Below the pieces are notes generated by a model. The model did no database searches. It saw only the letters and a list, made by a program, of their open reading frames with translations, and was not told the DNA's origin. This document shows, piece by piece, positions 11,079-21,494 of a DNA stretch of 40,787 bases. Numbering within the stretch: position 1 is the stretch's first letter; each line of letters opens with the position of its first letter. The DNA is from an uncultured virus (IMG/VR IMGVR_UViG_2061766007_001633). Lineage: Duplodnaviria > Heunggongvirae > Uroviricota > Caudoviricetes. The translations under genes were made by a program, and so were the position numbers. Location: IMG/VR virus record IMGVR_UViG_2061766007_001633. One strand, written 5' to 3'.

Positions 11079-11826
11079 TTAACCCTCCCCATTGTTCTGA
11101 GCCGTGTAGTTGGGCTCATAGACATGGGCGAACCAGTCCGTAATAGCTGCGGCAGAAACGCCAGCATCGCCTTCGGTGACTTCCGCTTTCCACGGATGCT
11201 TGTTCTGACCGTCCAGCTTGTTTCTGCGGGAGATGGTACCTTCGATGGAAGGGGTCTGGAACTCGATGCTTTCACCCTTCGTTTTGAGCGTGGTGCCGGG
11301 AATACCGAAGAGAACACGATACAGCCAGAANNNNNNNNNNGTGCTTGTTCTGACCGTCCAGCTTGTTTCTGCGGGAGATAGTACCTTCGATGGAAGGGGT
11401 CTGGAACTCGATGCTTTCACCCTTGGTTTTGAGCGTGGTGCCGGGAATACCGAAGAGAACACGATACAGCCAGAAATAGCGATATCTGCCCTTGGCGGTT
11501 TTGGCTCTGAAACCGATAGCGACCGGGGTAGGCTCATCTTCGCCGGTAGATACGAGTACGCCGTTGTTATCCACCACAGCGCCGGTCAGGTCTTTTGCAG
11601 CGTCGGTGCCGATGTCGTTGACACCGAGGGTAATGGTGCCGTTCTTGAACTCCTTGATGACCGTATCCGTGCCGTCGTCGGCATAGAGGATCGCTTCGTT
11701 GAGTTCGATGGAGACCTCGGCTTCGATGGCTTTGGCCAGCTTGGTGGGAATACCATAGGTTTCCTCACCGGCATTGTTCTCGGTGATCTTGGAATAGTAG
11801 AGACTGTCAAGTCCGATAGTTGCCAT
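11079..11826 (-). CDS. Major tail protein (phi13-family-like), with internal assembly duplication
   Basis: MATIGLDSLYYSKITE...LYADD...VAIGFRAKTAKGRYRYFWLYRVLFG...FQTPSIEG. Confidence 0.9.
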
Positions 11827-11828
11827 AG

Positions 11829-12176
11829 TTAATCATCCTCCTGTAAAGAATAGTTTTTTGCCACATCGATGGCATAGTGGTGATAACCGGTGTCATTCTC
11901 GTGGCCGATGTACCTCCGGTCGGTTATCGTGATTTCCGAAGATAAAAGCGCGGATGTGATCTGGCGCTTCACGGCGAGATAGTTGCCCTTGTCAAAGAGC
12001 GAAATACGGAGCTCCTCGACATCTTCTTCCGGGGTGTTATCCGAGAAGAGATCGAAGGTATCCGCAAGCGGGGTAAGTACCGTATAGCGGTCAGGAGGCG
12101 TTTTGGAAAAGACTCCTGTTTCCACCGGAAGGGATAACCCCGTCAGAATGGTTTTTACTTCAGATAAAAGGCTCAT
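11829..12176 (-). CDS. Tail terminator / tail completion protein
   Basis: 115 aa, PVETGVFS...RISLF...ENDTGYHHYAIDV; neck-module position. Confidence 0.75.
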   Translation of the reverse strand: MSLLSEVKTILTGLSLPVETGVFSKTPPDRYTVLTPLADTFDLFSDNTPEEDVEELRISLFDKGNYLAVKRQITSALLSSEITITDRRYIGHENDTGYHHYAIDVAKNYSLQEDD

Positions 12177-12604
12177 ATTTTGTCGATTTCCTCCGTTAGT
12201 TTCTGCTCCATAGCCTGAATACAGGCGCTCTTTGACGCTGATTTCGCAGGCTTCAAAAACGGCCTTGCAGGTTGTCCGCTTCTTCCATATTCGAGGACAG
12301 TGGCGATTTTAGCGTTGCTGTCGCCGTCACGCCTTGGCTCGGAAAAGCCGACCTTCACATTGAAGTTGCCGTCCCGATCCTGCTTTGCGGAAGAAGTACC
12401 AAGCGCAGACAGCAGTTCGCCGGTTGAGCGCGAGGGATCTTTCGTGCCTTTGCCGATGGCAGCACTCAGGTTGGAGCGGACTTTTGCCTCGACAACTTCT
12501 GCACCGGCCTCTAAGACGCGAGGCAAGATTTCATCAGTGCGTTCTTCCAGCTTGGAAACCTTCATAAGGAACTCGTCAGGCATTTTGAATGTTGCTTTAG
12601 CCAC
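12173..12604 (-). CDS. HK97 gp10-family neck protein
   Basis: RSTGELLSAL and LEYGRSGQPARPFLKPA motifs. Confidence 0.85.
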   Translation of the reverse strand: MAKATFKMPDEFLMKVSKLEERTDEILPRVLEAGAEVVEAKVRSNLSAAIGKGTKDPSRSTGELLSALGTSSAKQDRDGNFNVKVGFSEPRRDGDSNAKIATVLEYGRSGQPARPFLKPAKSASKSACIQAMEQKLTEEIDKI

Positions 12605-12929
12605 TTGGCTTCACCTCCTCTGCAAGGACCTCAAGATACATTCCGCGACCCTTGACATCCTCGACCGAAGTAATGCTGAAGATATGCTCATCACATATAA
12701 TCCGCATAGCCGTAGTAACCACGAGACCCGGAATGGTACGAAAACGGAAAAGGTCGGTGGCAGTGGAGAATGAAGCTGTGTTTGCCCATTTCTCACTGCC
12801 GTGCCGACCCTCTCTGTAAGCGTGAACTGTTGCGAGGATTTCATCCGCTTCATGTTTGAAACCATCAGCGTCGACGACGATGTTTTTTGCGGAGATTTGA
12901 ATGGTGGTGTTCATTTTTCCAAAGCTCAT
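12597..12929 (-). CDS. Head-tail adaptor / head closure protein
   Basis: MSFGKMNTTIQI...AYREGRHGSEKWAN...FRFR...SVEDVKGRGMYLEVLA; start reassigned to ATG 12929. Confidence 0.85.
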   Translation of the reverse strand: MSFGKMNTTIQISAKNIVVDADGFKHEADEILATVHAYREGRHGSEKWANTASFSTATDLFRFRTIPGLVVTTAMRIICDEHIFSITSVEDVKGRGMYLEVLAEEVKPSG

Positions 12930-12930
12930 G

Positions 12931-13242
12931 TCACACCTTCCAATCCCGGTCCAAACGAAGCAGAAGGTTGACCGTGTTCCATATCTGCTGTGCCGCCGCC
13001 GTGTTGTCTGCGAAAAAGCCACCAGTGGAGCCATCCCTCGACTCGTAGAAGTGGCTGGACAGCATAATGACGGCCTGTTCGGTGGTCGCTGGCATCGCGT
13101 GTTCCGTATAGTAGCCTTCCGGGATATGCTGGTAGCTTTCCGCATAGGAAGTGGCGGCAGTGATATAGTGCGAAAGGAGCTCGTCATCTTCCGTGTGTTC
13201 CAGTATGAGATTTGCTTTTACCTTTTCAAGCAGGGTGTTCAT
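12931..13242 (-). CDS. Head-tail connector protein (gp6-like)
   Basis: MNTLLEKVKANLILEHTEDDELL...QAVIMLSSHFYESR; RBS AGGAGG. Confidence 0.88.
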   Translation of the reverse strand: MNTLLEKVKANLILEHTEDDELLSHYITAATSYAESYQHIPEGYYTEHAMPATTEQAVIMLSSHFYESRDGSTGGFFADNTAAAQQIWNTVNLLLRLDRDWKV

Positions 13243-13259
13243 CGCTGCCGCCTCCTTCC

Positions 13260-13883
13260 TCAATCATTTGTTTCCGGCAGAGTTACGGTAATGGTAAGTT
13301 TGGCCTGAGCGTATCCGTCCGCGTCAAGAGTGATGACCTTCGGGGTATTGATGACCTCGTCCGCCTTCACCCAGAGCACGAACTCTCCGGGCTGATCCAG
13401 ACCGACGCCGGTTGCCTCGGTGATATCTGCGTCTGTGACAGCTTCGCCGTTGTAGCGCATCTTGGTAAGAACGGAAAGACCGGTCCCGATACCAAGGCCG
13501 ATCCACTTGTGGACGCCCTGACCCGAAGCACCGCTGTCGTATTCCTCAAGGTCAGCTACATCAACGGTGATAGCAATAGAGGTTCCATCAATGGAAACCG
13601 CTGCCTTGCCGTTGTTCCTGCCACCTACGCCGCTTACGGAAGGAGCAATGCGGGTGGTGAAATTCCATGAATCTGGAACAACGACACCGGAGTCCTTGAG
13701 CTTTGTAAGCAAAGCGTTGAAATCGTCCTTGAGCGCGGCAACCGTTGTCGCTGTACTTGCAGCCTGATTTGCGGCAGAGGAAGGAAGCCCGGTTACACGA
13801 GCTCCTTCCTTGACTTCGAGTTCACCGCCGATGACGGTTTTTTCGCCGCCCGGTTCGGTATAGTTCTTCGTGTTATAGCTCAT
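13260..13883 (-). CDS. Head fibre / capsid decoration protein
   Basis: MSYNTKNYTEPGGEKTVIGGELEV...ANQAASTATTVAALKDDFNALLTKLK; immediately after a capsid stop at 13896. Confidence 0.75.
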   Translation of the reverse strand: MSYNTKNYTEPGGEKTVIGGELEVKEGARVTGLPSSAANQAASTATTVAALKDDFNALLTKLKDSGVVVPDSWNFTTRIAPSVSGVGGRNNGKAAVSIDGTSIAITVDVADLEEYDSGASGQGVHKWIGLGIGTGLSVLTKMRYNGEAVTDADITEATGVGLDQPGEFVLWVKADEVINTPKVITLDADGYAQAKLTITVTLPETND

Positions 13884-13935
13884 AGGAGTACCTCCTTACG
13901 CCTTCTGCTGAAGGACTTTCACGGCNNNNNNNNNN

Positions 13936-14297
13936 AAAGCAGATTGACCGTATTCCATACCTGCTGACCGGCTTGCACGTTATCGGCAAAGAAACCGCCG
14001 GTCGAGCCATCCCTCGATTCGTAGAAATGGCTCGCCAGCATAATCACTGCCTGTTCTGTGGTCGGCGGCATGGGGTGCTCGGAGTAGTAACCTTCGCTGA
14101 TGTGCTGATAGCTTTCGGCATAAGAAACGGCAGCNNNNNNNNNNGTCGGCAAAGAAACCGCCGGTCGAGCCATCTCTTGATTCGTAGAAATGGCTCGCCA
14201 GCATAATCACTGCCTGTTCCGTAGTCGGCGGCATGGGATGCTCGGAATAGTAACCTTCGCTGATGTGCTGATAGCTTTCGGCATAAGAAACGGCAGC
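13936..14297 (-). CDS. Fragments of a second head-tail connector allele
   Basis: AAVSYAESYQHISEGYYSEHPMPPTTEQAVIMLASHFYESRDG..., present twice between gaps. Confidence 0.75.
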
Positions 14298-14457
14298 NNN
14301 NNNNNNNTTCCATCACCGCTGCCTCCTTTCGTTAAGATCCGGATTTCATCTGGAGCAGNNNNNNNNNNCCATACCGTTACCGGCAAAGAGCTCCTTGAGC
14401 TCTGCAAAGGAACGAGTGCCACGNNNNNNNNNNATCCATCACCGCTGCCTCCTTTCG

Positions 14458-16275
14458 TTAAGATCCGGATTTCATCTGGAGCAGCTTGACGGCTTCAGGA
14501 AGTACCAGCTTGCCATCGACACGCTCCTTGGCCACGAAGCCGATCATGCCGTTACCGGCAAAGAGCTCCTTGAGCTCTGCGAAGGAACGGGTGCCACGAT
14601 CTCCGATGTTGTAGTAGCTGAAATCACCGAAAGCGACAGCGGTGCCGCCAGCAGTAGGAACCGGGAAATACGGAGAGGTGTAGACCTTATAGCCCAGCAC
14701 ACGATCNNNNNNNNNNGTCACCGATATTGTAATAGCTGAAATCACCGAAAGCGACAGCAGTGCCGCCAGCAGTGGGAACCGGGAAATACGGAGAGGTGTA
14801 GACCTTATAGCCCAGCACACGATCCGGCTCACCGGCCTGCAGAGAAGGCTGCCAGAGATACTGACCGTTGTTATCCTTCAGCTTGCGAAGTTCAGCAACA
14901 CAGACATCGTTNNNNNNNNNNTTCACCGGCCTGCAGCGAAGGCTGCCAGAGATACTGGCCGTTGTTATCCTTCAGCTTGCGAAGTTCAGCGATGCAGACA
15001 TCGTTTGCGAGGAATACCGCATTCTTGCGGTAAGGACGCTTCAGAGAGTACACGAGGTTGATAATCTCATCGGCAGTAACCTTGGTGCTGGAAGCAGTAG
15101 TAACGCCAACCTGTGCGCCGCCGGTTTCAGCCAGAATGCCAAGAGGCTGGCCGACGCCGGTGCCGTTGATGAAGGCATCTTCCTCGGCATTGGACAGAGC
15201 CTTGCCGAACTGCGTAAGGATGTAGTTCTCAAGGTTGAAGGCGTTGTCGTACAGGAGCTCTTCGGTGACCTTGATCGCCACATGGAGCTTGTGGGCGTCG
15301 AGGATAATCTGGTCGAAGGTAGCGTCACCGAAGGTCAGCGTACCGCCTTCCTCGATCCACGCTGCAGCAGGTTTGGTGGCTGCAATGTTGATCTTGTGCT
15401 CACCGCTGGTGGTNNNNNNNNNNCGCGAGGAATACCGCATTCTTGCGGTAAGGACGCTTCAGAGAGTACACAAGGTTGATAATCTCATCGGCGGTTACCT
15501 TGGTGCTGGAAGCGGAAGTTACGCCAACCTGTGCGCCACCGGTTTCTGCAAGAATACCAAGAGGCTGGCCGACGCCGGTGCCGTTAATGAAGGCATCTTC
15601 CTCGGCATTGGACAGAGCCTTGCCGAACTGCGTAAGGATGTAGTTCTCAAGGTTGAAGGCGTTGTCGTACAGGAGCTCTTCGGTTACCTTGATCGCCACA
15701 TGGAGCTTGTGAGCGTCGAGGATAATCTGGTCGAAGGTAGCGTCACCAAAGGTCAGCGTACCGCCTTCCTCGATCCACGCCGCAGCAGGTTTGGTGGCTG
15801 CGATGTTGATCTTGTGCTCACCGCTGGTGGTGATGTTAGTGCCGAGGGTACGCATGACATTCTCCTCGGTCAGGATGTCGATCAGGCGTTTGTCGTACTC
15901 GTCAGGAACGAGGTAACCGCCCTGCGGGTCAATACCCTCCTGAAGCACGTTGCTGATCTGACGGAAGTTGGTTCTCATGGCCTGAAGCAGGGCTTTCTTG
16001 TACTCATCGGAAGCACGACCGGTCTTGGCGGCCTTGTCTCCATCGGCCTTCATGGGCTTGCCGGTGAGGGGCTTGGACGTGGGCTTGCTGAGTTCCGCTT
16101 CGATCTCCTCACGACGCTCCATGCGATGGATGCTGTCGGTGAGCTGTGCGACCTCGGTTTCCATATCCTTATAGGTCTTGTCGTCTTCGGCAGAAAGAGT
16201 GCCCTTGTCGGTGGTGTGGGTGTCGAGGAAGGTGTCCATCATACCCACGAGCTTGTTGCGCTTTTCACGCATCTC
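14458..16275 (-). CDS. HK97-fold major capsid protein (start in gap; several duplicated fragments; alternative 3' end at 13896..13925)
   Basis: GGYLVPDEY, AAWIEEG, EEDAFINGTG, LRKLKDNNGQYLWQPSL, FGDFSYY, ERVDG motifs. Confidence 0.95.
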
Positions 16276-16418
16276 NNNNNNNNNNNNNNNNNNNNNNNNN
16301 NNNNNNNNNNNNNNNNNNNNNNNNNNNNNNNNNNNNNNNNNNNNNNNNNNNNNNNNNNNNNNNNNNNNNNNNNNNNNNNNNNNNNNNNNNNNNNNNNNNN
16401 NNNNNNNNNNNNNNNNNN

Positions 16419-17178
16419 TTCTGAGAACATCACGGGGACCGCAGGCTGGGCGTCATCGTCGGATACCTCCTCACGGGAAAGCACATCGTCTATGAAGCCG
16501 AGCTCCATAGCCTTGTTTGCGTTCATCCANNNNNNNNNNNNNNNNNNNNNNNNNNNNNNNNNNNNNNNNNNNNNNNNNNNNNNNNNNNNNNNNNNNNNNN
16601 NNNNNNNNNNNNNNNNNNNNNNNNNNNNNNNNNNGATTTTCACGGTTACGTCGCCCTTGTAATCGATCAGCATGTTGTAGATCTGCGCTGCGGCCACACA
16701 GTNNNNNNNNNNAATCTTCACGGTCACGTTGCCCTTGTAATCGATCAGCATGTTGTAGATCTGCGCTGCGGCCACACAGTCGCCACCCGGCGAATTGATC
16801 CAAACGGTGATATCGCCGCTGCCGGAGTTCAGTTCCTCCTTGAAAAGCTGCGGTGTGACGTCATCGTCAAACCAGCTTTCCTCTGCGATTGTCCCGTTTA
16901 GGTACAGGGTNNNNNNNNNNGATTTTGATGGTCACATTGCCTTTGTAATCGAGCAGCATGTTGTAGATCTGTGCTGCGGCCACACAGTCGCCACCCGGTG
17001 AGTTGATCCAAACGGTAATGTCTCCGGTGCCGGAGTTCAGCTCCTCCTTGAAAAGCTGCGGTGTAACATCATCGTCAAACCAGCTTTCCTCTGCGATTGT
17101 CCCGTTTAGGTACAGGGTCCTCTGTGCCGGAGTCGTCTCCGTCTGCGCCTGATTCTTCCACTTCCAGAACTTCTTCAT
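16419..17178 (-). CDS. ClpP-type head maturation protease (gapped)
   Basis: MKKFWKWKN...LYLNGTIAEESWFDDDVTP...VWINSPGGD...WMNANKAMELGFID. Confidence 0.92.
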
Positions 17179-18436
17179 CGGTGTTTTCCTCCTTTCCGTC
17201 ATCGTTGTTTTTATTTGCAAACGCGCCTGCCTGATCGAGCGGGAGCATATTGCCGTTGATAAGGTAGAGATCACCTCCGGCCTCGGCAGGGATACGGTCG
17301 AGGTTTTCAAGCTCACGGATGTCGTTTGCGCTCATCCAGCCGTTCTGCCTTGCGGTGGCATAGCCGTTCATGCGGCTCTGGTAATCTCCACGGAGCAGAC
17401 CTTCCAAGTTGAACTTCACGAAATACTTCTTCTTTTCGTCCGGGGAAAGAAGCGTCCGCATGATGGATTGCTCCCAGCGGATGACCCACGGATCGAGGGT
17501 GTATTTCACGAACTCCAAGGACTGCTGCTCAATATTAGAAAAGCTCGACTTCTCAAGGTCACCGACCATGTGCGGTGGCACCCTGAAAATTCGAGCGATT
17601 TCGTTGATTTGAAACTTTCGCGTTTCAAGAAACTGCGCCTGTTCCGGGGAAATGGAGATAGGCGTGTACTTCATGCCTTCTTCCAGCACGGCGATCTTGC
17701 CGCTGTTCTGGGAGCCTCCAAACTGTGACTGCCAAGCCTCTCTGACGCGCTGCGGGTCCTTGATGGTGCCGGGATGTTCCAGAACACCGGAAGGCGCAGC
17801 GCCGTTGGCGAAGAACTTAGCTCCGTATTCCTCGGTAGCGATGGCAAGACCAATGGCGTTTTTGGCCATTGCAATTGGACTGTATCCAACGAGCCCGTCA
17901 AAGCCGAGACCGGGAATGTGAAGCACATCGGAGGGCTTTAACACGACCGTTTCATTCTTGCCGCCGACCTCATCAGTGGAGCACTGGTACTGGTAGTACA
18001 GATGTCCGTTTTCGTCGCGGTCCACAGTCATCTTGTTCGGCATCAGCGGATAAAGGGCAACGACCTCACCCTTGCTGTTCCGTATAATCTGCGCGTAGGC
18101 ATTACCCCAGAGGAGCAGATGCGTCATGAGCGTTTCCCGAAAGACGAAAGAACTCATTTCCGGGTTCGGCTCGTCGTGCAGTAGCAGGTAGAGCGAATGG
18201 TCCAGCGCTTTCTCCTTGCCGCCGTCGTCGTTATATCGATACACATGAAGCGGCAGTCCCGCGATGGCTTCCGCGAGAATGCGGACGCAGGAATAAACCG
18301 CCGTCATCTGCATGGCGCTGCGTTCCGTTACCGCTTTGCCGGAAGTGCTGCCACCCATGTAAAAGGTGTAGCGCGATCCGGCTGTGCTGTTGGTAGGCTT
18401 GTCTCTTGACTTGAATAGTCCGCTGAAAATGCCCAT
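17075..18436 (-). CDS. HK97-family portal protein
   Basis: Intact 453-aa ORF: AVYSCVRILAEAIAGLPL, LLWGNAY, GYSPI, QFLETRKF, IARIFRVPP. Confidence 0.96.
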   Translation of the reverse strand: MGIFSGLFKSRDKPTNSTAGSRYTFYMGGSTSGKAVTERSAMQMTAVYSCVRILAEAIAGLPLHVYRYNDDGGKEKALDHSLYLLLHDEPNPEMSSFVFRETLMTHLLLWGNAYAQIIRNSKGEVVALYPLMPNKMTVDRDENGHLYYQYQCSTDEVGGKNETVVLKPSDVLHIPGLGFDGLVGYSPIAMAKNAIGLAIATEEYGAKFFANGAAPSGVLEHPGTIKDPQRVREAWQSQFGGSQNSGKIAVLEEGMKYTPISISPEQAQFLETRKFQINEIARIFRVPPHMVGDLEKSSFSNIEQQSLEFVKYTLDPWVIRWEQSIMRTLLSPDEKKKYFVKFNLEGLLRGDYQSRMNGYATARQNGWMSANDIRELENLDRIPAEAGGDLYLINGNMLPLDQAGAFANKNNDDGKEENTDEEVLEVEESGADGDDSGTEDPVPKRDNRRGKLV

Positions 18437-18452
18437 ATATCATCACCTCCGA

Positions 18453-20040
18453 TTACAAAAATAAAAGACCACGAGTGTCGTAGACGCTCTCGGTCGTGTC
18501 GTTTCCGCACCGAATGGCACGGTCCAGCGCCATGACTGTTGCCACAGCGCCGTCTATCTTTTCCGTGGACTTCTCCTTGTCGGGTTTGATGTTCCCGGCA
18601 GGATCGGTCCTGACATAGATGTTGTCCATCATCCAGCGGAGCACCGGATGGCCGCCGTGCGCCACGCGCTCCTCCAAGACCAGCTTCATAAGTTCCTTGG
18701 TAGGTGGGCTCATGTCTTTGAAGCCCTGCCCGAAGGGAACGACCGTGAAGCCCATACCTTCAAGGTTCTGAACCATCTGAACGGCACCCCAGCGGTCAAA
18801 AGCGATCTCGCGGATATTGAACCGCTCACCGAGTCGCTCGATAAACTTTTCGATGTAGCCGTAGTGGACCACATTGCCTTCGGTGGTCTGCAGGTAGCCT
18901 TGGCGCTCCCACACATCGTAAGGAACATGGTCGCGGTTCACTCGCTGGTCGATGTTTTCCTCCGGTATCCAGAAGTACGGGAGGATTACGAACTTGTCGT
19001 CCTCGTCCAGCGGTGGAAACACCAGCACAAAGGCCGTGATGTCCGTGGTGGAGGAAAGATCCAGCCCGCCGTAGCAGACGCGTCCTTCAAGGTCGTCCTC
19101 GCTCGTAGCAAAAGCGCAGCGATCCCATTTCTCCATTGGCATCCAGCGCACGGCCTGCTTGACCCACTGGTTGAGCCTGAGCTGACGGAAGGAGTTCTCC
19201 TCGGCAGGGTTCTGCTTTGCAGATTCGCAGGCGGCTTTGACCTTATCGATGCCGACCGTAATACCGAGAGAGGGGTTTGCCTTCTTCCAGACCTTCGGGT
19301 CCGTCCAGTCGTCGTTATCATCAGCACCGTAGATTACCGGATAGAAGGTCGGGTCGATTTTGCGGCCCTCGATGATGTCCTTTGCTTTCTGGTGCGTTTC
19401 ATAGCAGATGGACTTGGTGTCCGTACCGGCTGTCGTGATCAGAAAGTAAAGCGGCTGCATACGCGCATCGCCGGAGCCCTTGGTCATAACATCAAAGAGC
19501 TTTCGGTTCGGCTGCGTGTGCAGCTCGTCAAAGACCACGCCGTGAATGTTGAAGCCGTGCTTCGAGTATGCCTCTGCGGACAGCACCTGATAGAAGCTGT
19601 TCGTAGGGATGTACACGATACGCTTGGTGGCCGTCAGGATTTTCACCCTGCGGTTTAGCGCCGGACACATGCGGACCATGTCAGCCGCGACCTCGAAAAC
19701 GATGGACGCCTGTTGACGATCCGCAGCGCAGCCATATACTTCAGCGCGTTCCTCACCGTCGCCGCAAGTGAGCAGAAGCGCGACCGCAGCCGCAAGCTCC
19801 GATTTACCCATCTTCTTGGGTATCTCAATNNNNNNNNNNGCCGTTTGGCTTTATAATGCCGAACAGGTCCCTGATGATCTGTTCCTGCCAATCAATCAGC
19901 TTGAAGGGCTTTCCGGCCCATGTGCCTTTGGTGTGGCAGAGACATTCGATGAAGGAAACCGCGTAGTCGGCCTTGACCTTGTCATAGACGGAGTCCTTGG
20001 ATTTGAACTTCGTCGGTGTGTATTTCTTCATTTGCCTCAA
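18453..20040 (-). CDS. terL: Terminase large subunit
   Basis: TTG start after GGAGGTGA; WQEQII, Walker A PKKMGKS, VVFDELH, GGLDLS, KIDG nuclease motifs; one gap at about 19830. Confidence 0.96.
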
Positions 20041-20061
20041 ATAATCACCTCCAAAAAGGCA

Positions 20062-20087
20062 TAAAAAATAGCCGCCATAAGCGACCG
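20062..20087 (-). terminator. Intrinsic terminator-like hairpin after the accessory genes, upstream of terL
   Basis: Minus strand GGTCGC-ttatg-GCGGCT followed by ATTTTTTAT. Confidence 0.5.
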
Positions 20088-20144
20088 TCATAACGAGGAA
20101 CAGAGCCAAGCGGCTCATGTCCCAAGGGTATTATTTACCGTGGT

Positions 20145-20588
20145 TTAGTGGTTTTCGGTGTGCAGGAGTATCTCCAGCGCAAGCTCCGTATCCGGGTCGA
20201 TGGGCTTGATGTCCCAGCCTCTGTCGTAGTTGCACACGGTCTCGCCGTTTCGCTGAAGCATCAGCTTGGAAATCCTGCCGCCATCGATTCCGTACTCGGA
20301 GCCTTCGTCGTACTGCTTGTACCAGTAATGGAAGATGCTCTCGTGAACCCGGAGGGTGCCTTCGTGCCAGAGGCGCTTTTCCTCGTTGGCGGGTACCGGG
20401 CTTACTTTGATCTTGAAAAGAAAGTCGCCGGTGTTCGATACGCAGAAATCCTCAACCGTGCAGTTGCTGAAGCGATCCGGTATGTCGCGCATGCTGCCTT
20501 CAAAATAGGTGGTGTCGAGCTTCCGGTTGGTGAGCGTCACGGTGGCGTTGCGGCTAATAAGGTCGTAGAACTGTTCCAGTCTGATCAT
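20145..20588 (-). CDS. Conserved phage hypothetical protein (two-domain)
   Basis: 147 aa with RBS; C-terminal half YDEGSEYGIDGGRISKL...YDRGWD resembles a motif common in Firmicutes phages. Confidence 0.8.
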   Translation of the reverse strand: MIRLEQFYDLISRNATVTLTNRKLDTTYFEGSMRDIPDRFSNCTVEDFCVSNTGDFLFKIKVSPVPANEEKRLWHEGTLRVHESIFHYWYKQYDEGSEYGIDGGRISKLMLQRNGETVCNYDRGWDIKPIDPDTELALEILLHTENH

Positions 20589-20602
20589 CGTCGGTTCCTC
20601 CT

Positions 20603-20863
20603 TTACAGTTTGCTGTTTTCGTGTTCCGGCAGGGTCTTGAGGAAGGCGTCAACCTCCGCGAGGGTCTTGAAGAAGTCCTCGTAAGCGCCGAGCCCGCATT
20701 CCCGGATCACTCTGTAGTAGCCTTGGCGGTTCTTCAGGAGGCCGAGCTTGTTCTGTTCTGCGATCTTGCAGGCGGTGCGGGTAAGTTTGCCCATGCTCTT
20801 GATCTCGGTGTCCTTGCCTTTTTCAAATGCGCTTTTGCAGCCGGTGTGGTCGATGAATCTCAT
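20603..20863 (-). CDS. Hypothetical protein
   Basis: MRFIDHTGCK... preceded by GGAGG RBS and a promoter-like region. Confidence 0.7.
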   Translation of the reverse strand: MRFIDHTGCKSAFEKGKDTEIKSMGKLTRTACKIAEQNKLGLLKNRQGYYRVIRECGLGAYEDFFKTLAEVDAFLKTLPEHENSKL

Positions 20864-21145
20864 TGTGTTTTCCTCCATTCGGTTTTCCTTTTTGCATGTA
20901 CATATATCACTCTAAACGCATGAAATAGCAAGTCATTTAGCGGAAATAAAGTACACAATCTTTCGGGGCTTTGACCGGTCTGAAATTGTGTAGTTTATGC
21001 CTCTCCATAAAGGATGAAATGCACATATTCTTTCCGGTTCTCCTCGATGAAAACCACCAGNNNNNNNNNNCTGAAATAGCAAGTCATTTAGCGGAAATAT
21101 AGTACACAATCTTTCGGGGATTTGACCGGTCTGAAATTGTGTAGT

Positions 21146-21322
21146 TTATGCCTCTCCATAGAGGATGAAATGCACATATTCTTTCCGGTTCTCCTCGATG
21201 AAAACCACCAGCTCATAGAAGTTACGCTCGTAAGCAAGGCGCTGGACCGCGTTCGTATCAAACATATTCGTCAGACCCGTGTCCCGGATGGCGATGATCT
21301 GTTCCTTAATCTTCTCAGTCAT
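21146..21322 (-). CDS. DUF5049-like small protein (3' part duplicated at 20996..21060)
   Basis: Manual translation MTEKIKEQIIAIRDTGLTNMFDTNAVQRLAYERNFYELVVFIEENRKEYVHFILYGEA*. Confidence 0.8.
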   Translation of the reverse strand: MTEKIKEQIIAIRDTGLTNMFDTNAVQRLAYERNFYELVVFIEENRKEYVHFILYGEA

Positions 21323-21494
21323 TGTCGCTCACCACCCTGCAGCTGTCTTCACCGTAGGCAACGGACAGGCCGGAGCCGTTGTCCCATTTGACCATGATGG
21401 AGCCGATGTCATCGACGCCGATCACGGTTCCTTTCGTTCCGATTGGAGGAGCCTGAACATCGTCCATGTGGAGCAGTTCCACGCGGGTACCGGG
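21315..21494 (-). CDS. DUF4314-like protein (5' end in gap)
   Basis: Manual translation PGTRVELLHMDDVQAPPIGTKGTVIGVDDIGSIMVKWDNGSGLSVAYGEDSC. Confidence 0.8.
   Translation of the reverse strand, partial: PGTRVELLHMDDVQAPPIGTKGTVIGVDDIGSIMVKWDNGSGLSVAYGEDSCRVVSDND

Noticed and set aside
15235..19658. Long plus-strand ORFs (15235..16662, 18648..19658; also 23642..24361, 29890..30666, 35120..36598)
   Set aside because: Antisense shadows of GC3-rich phage genes, with no evident RBS or recognisable motifs
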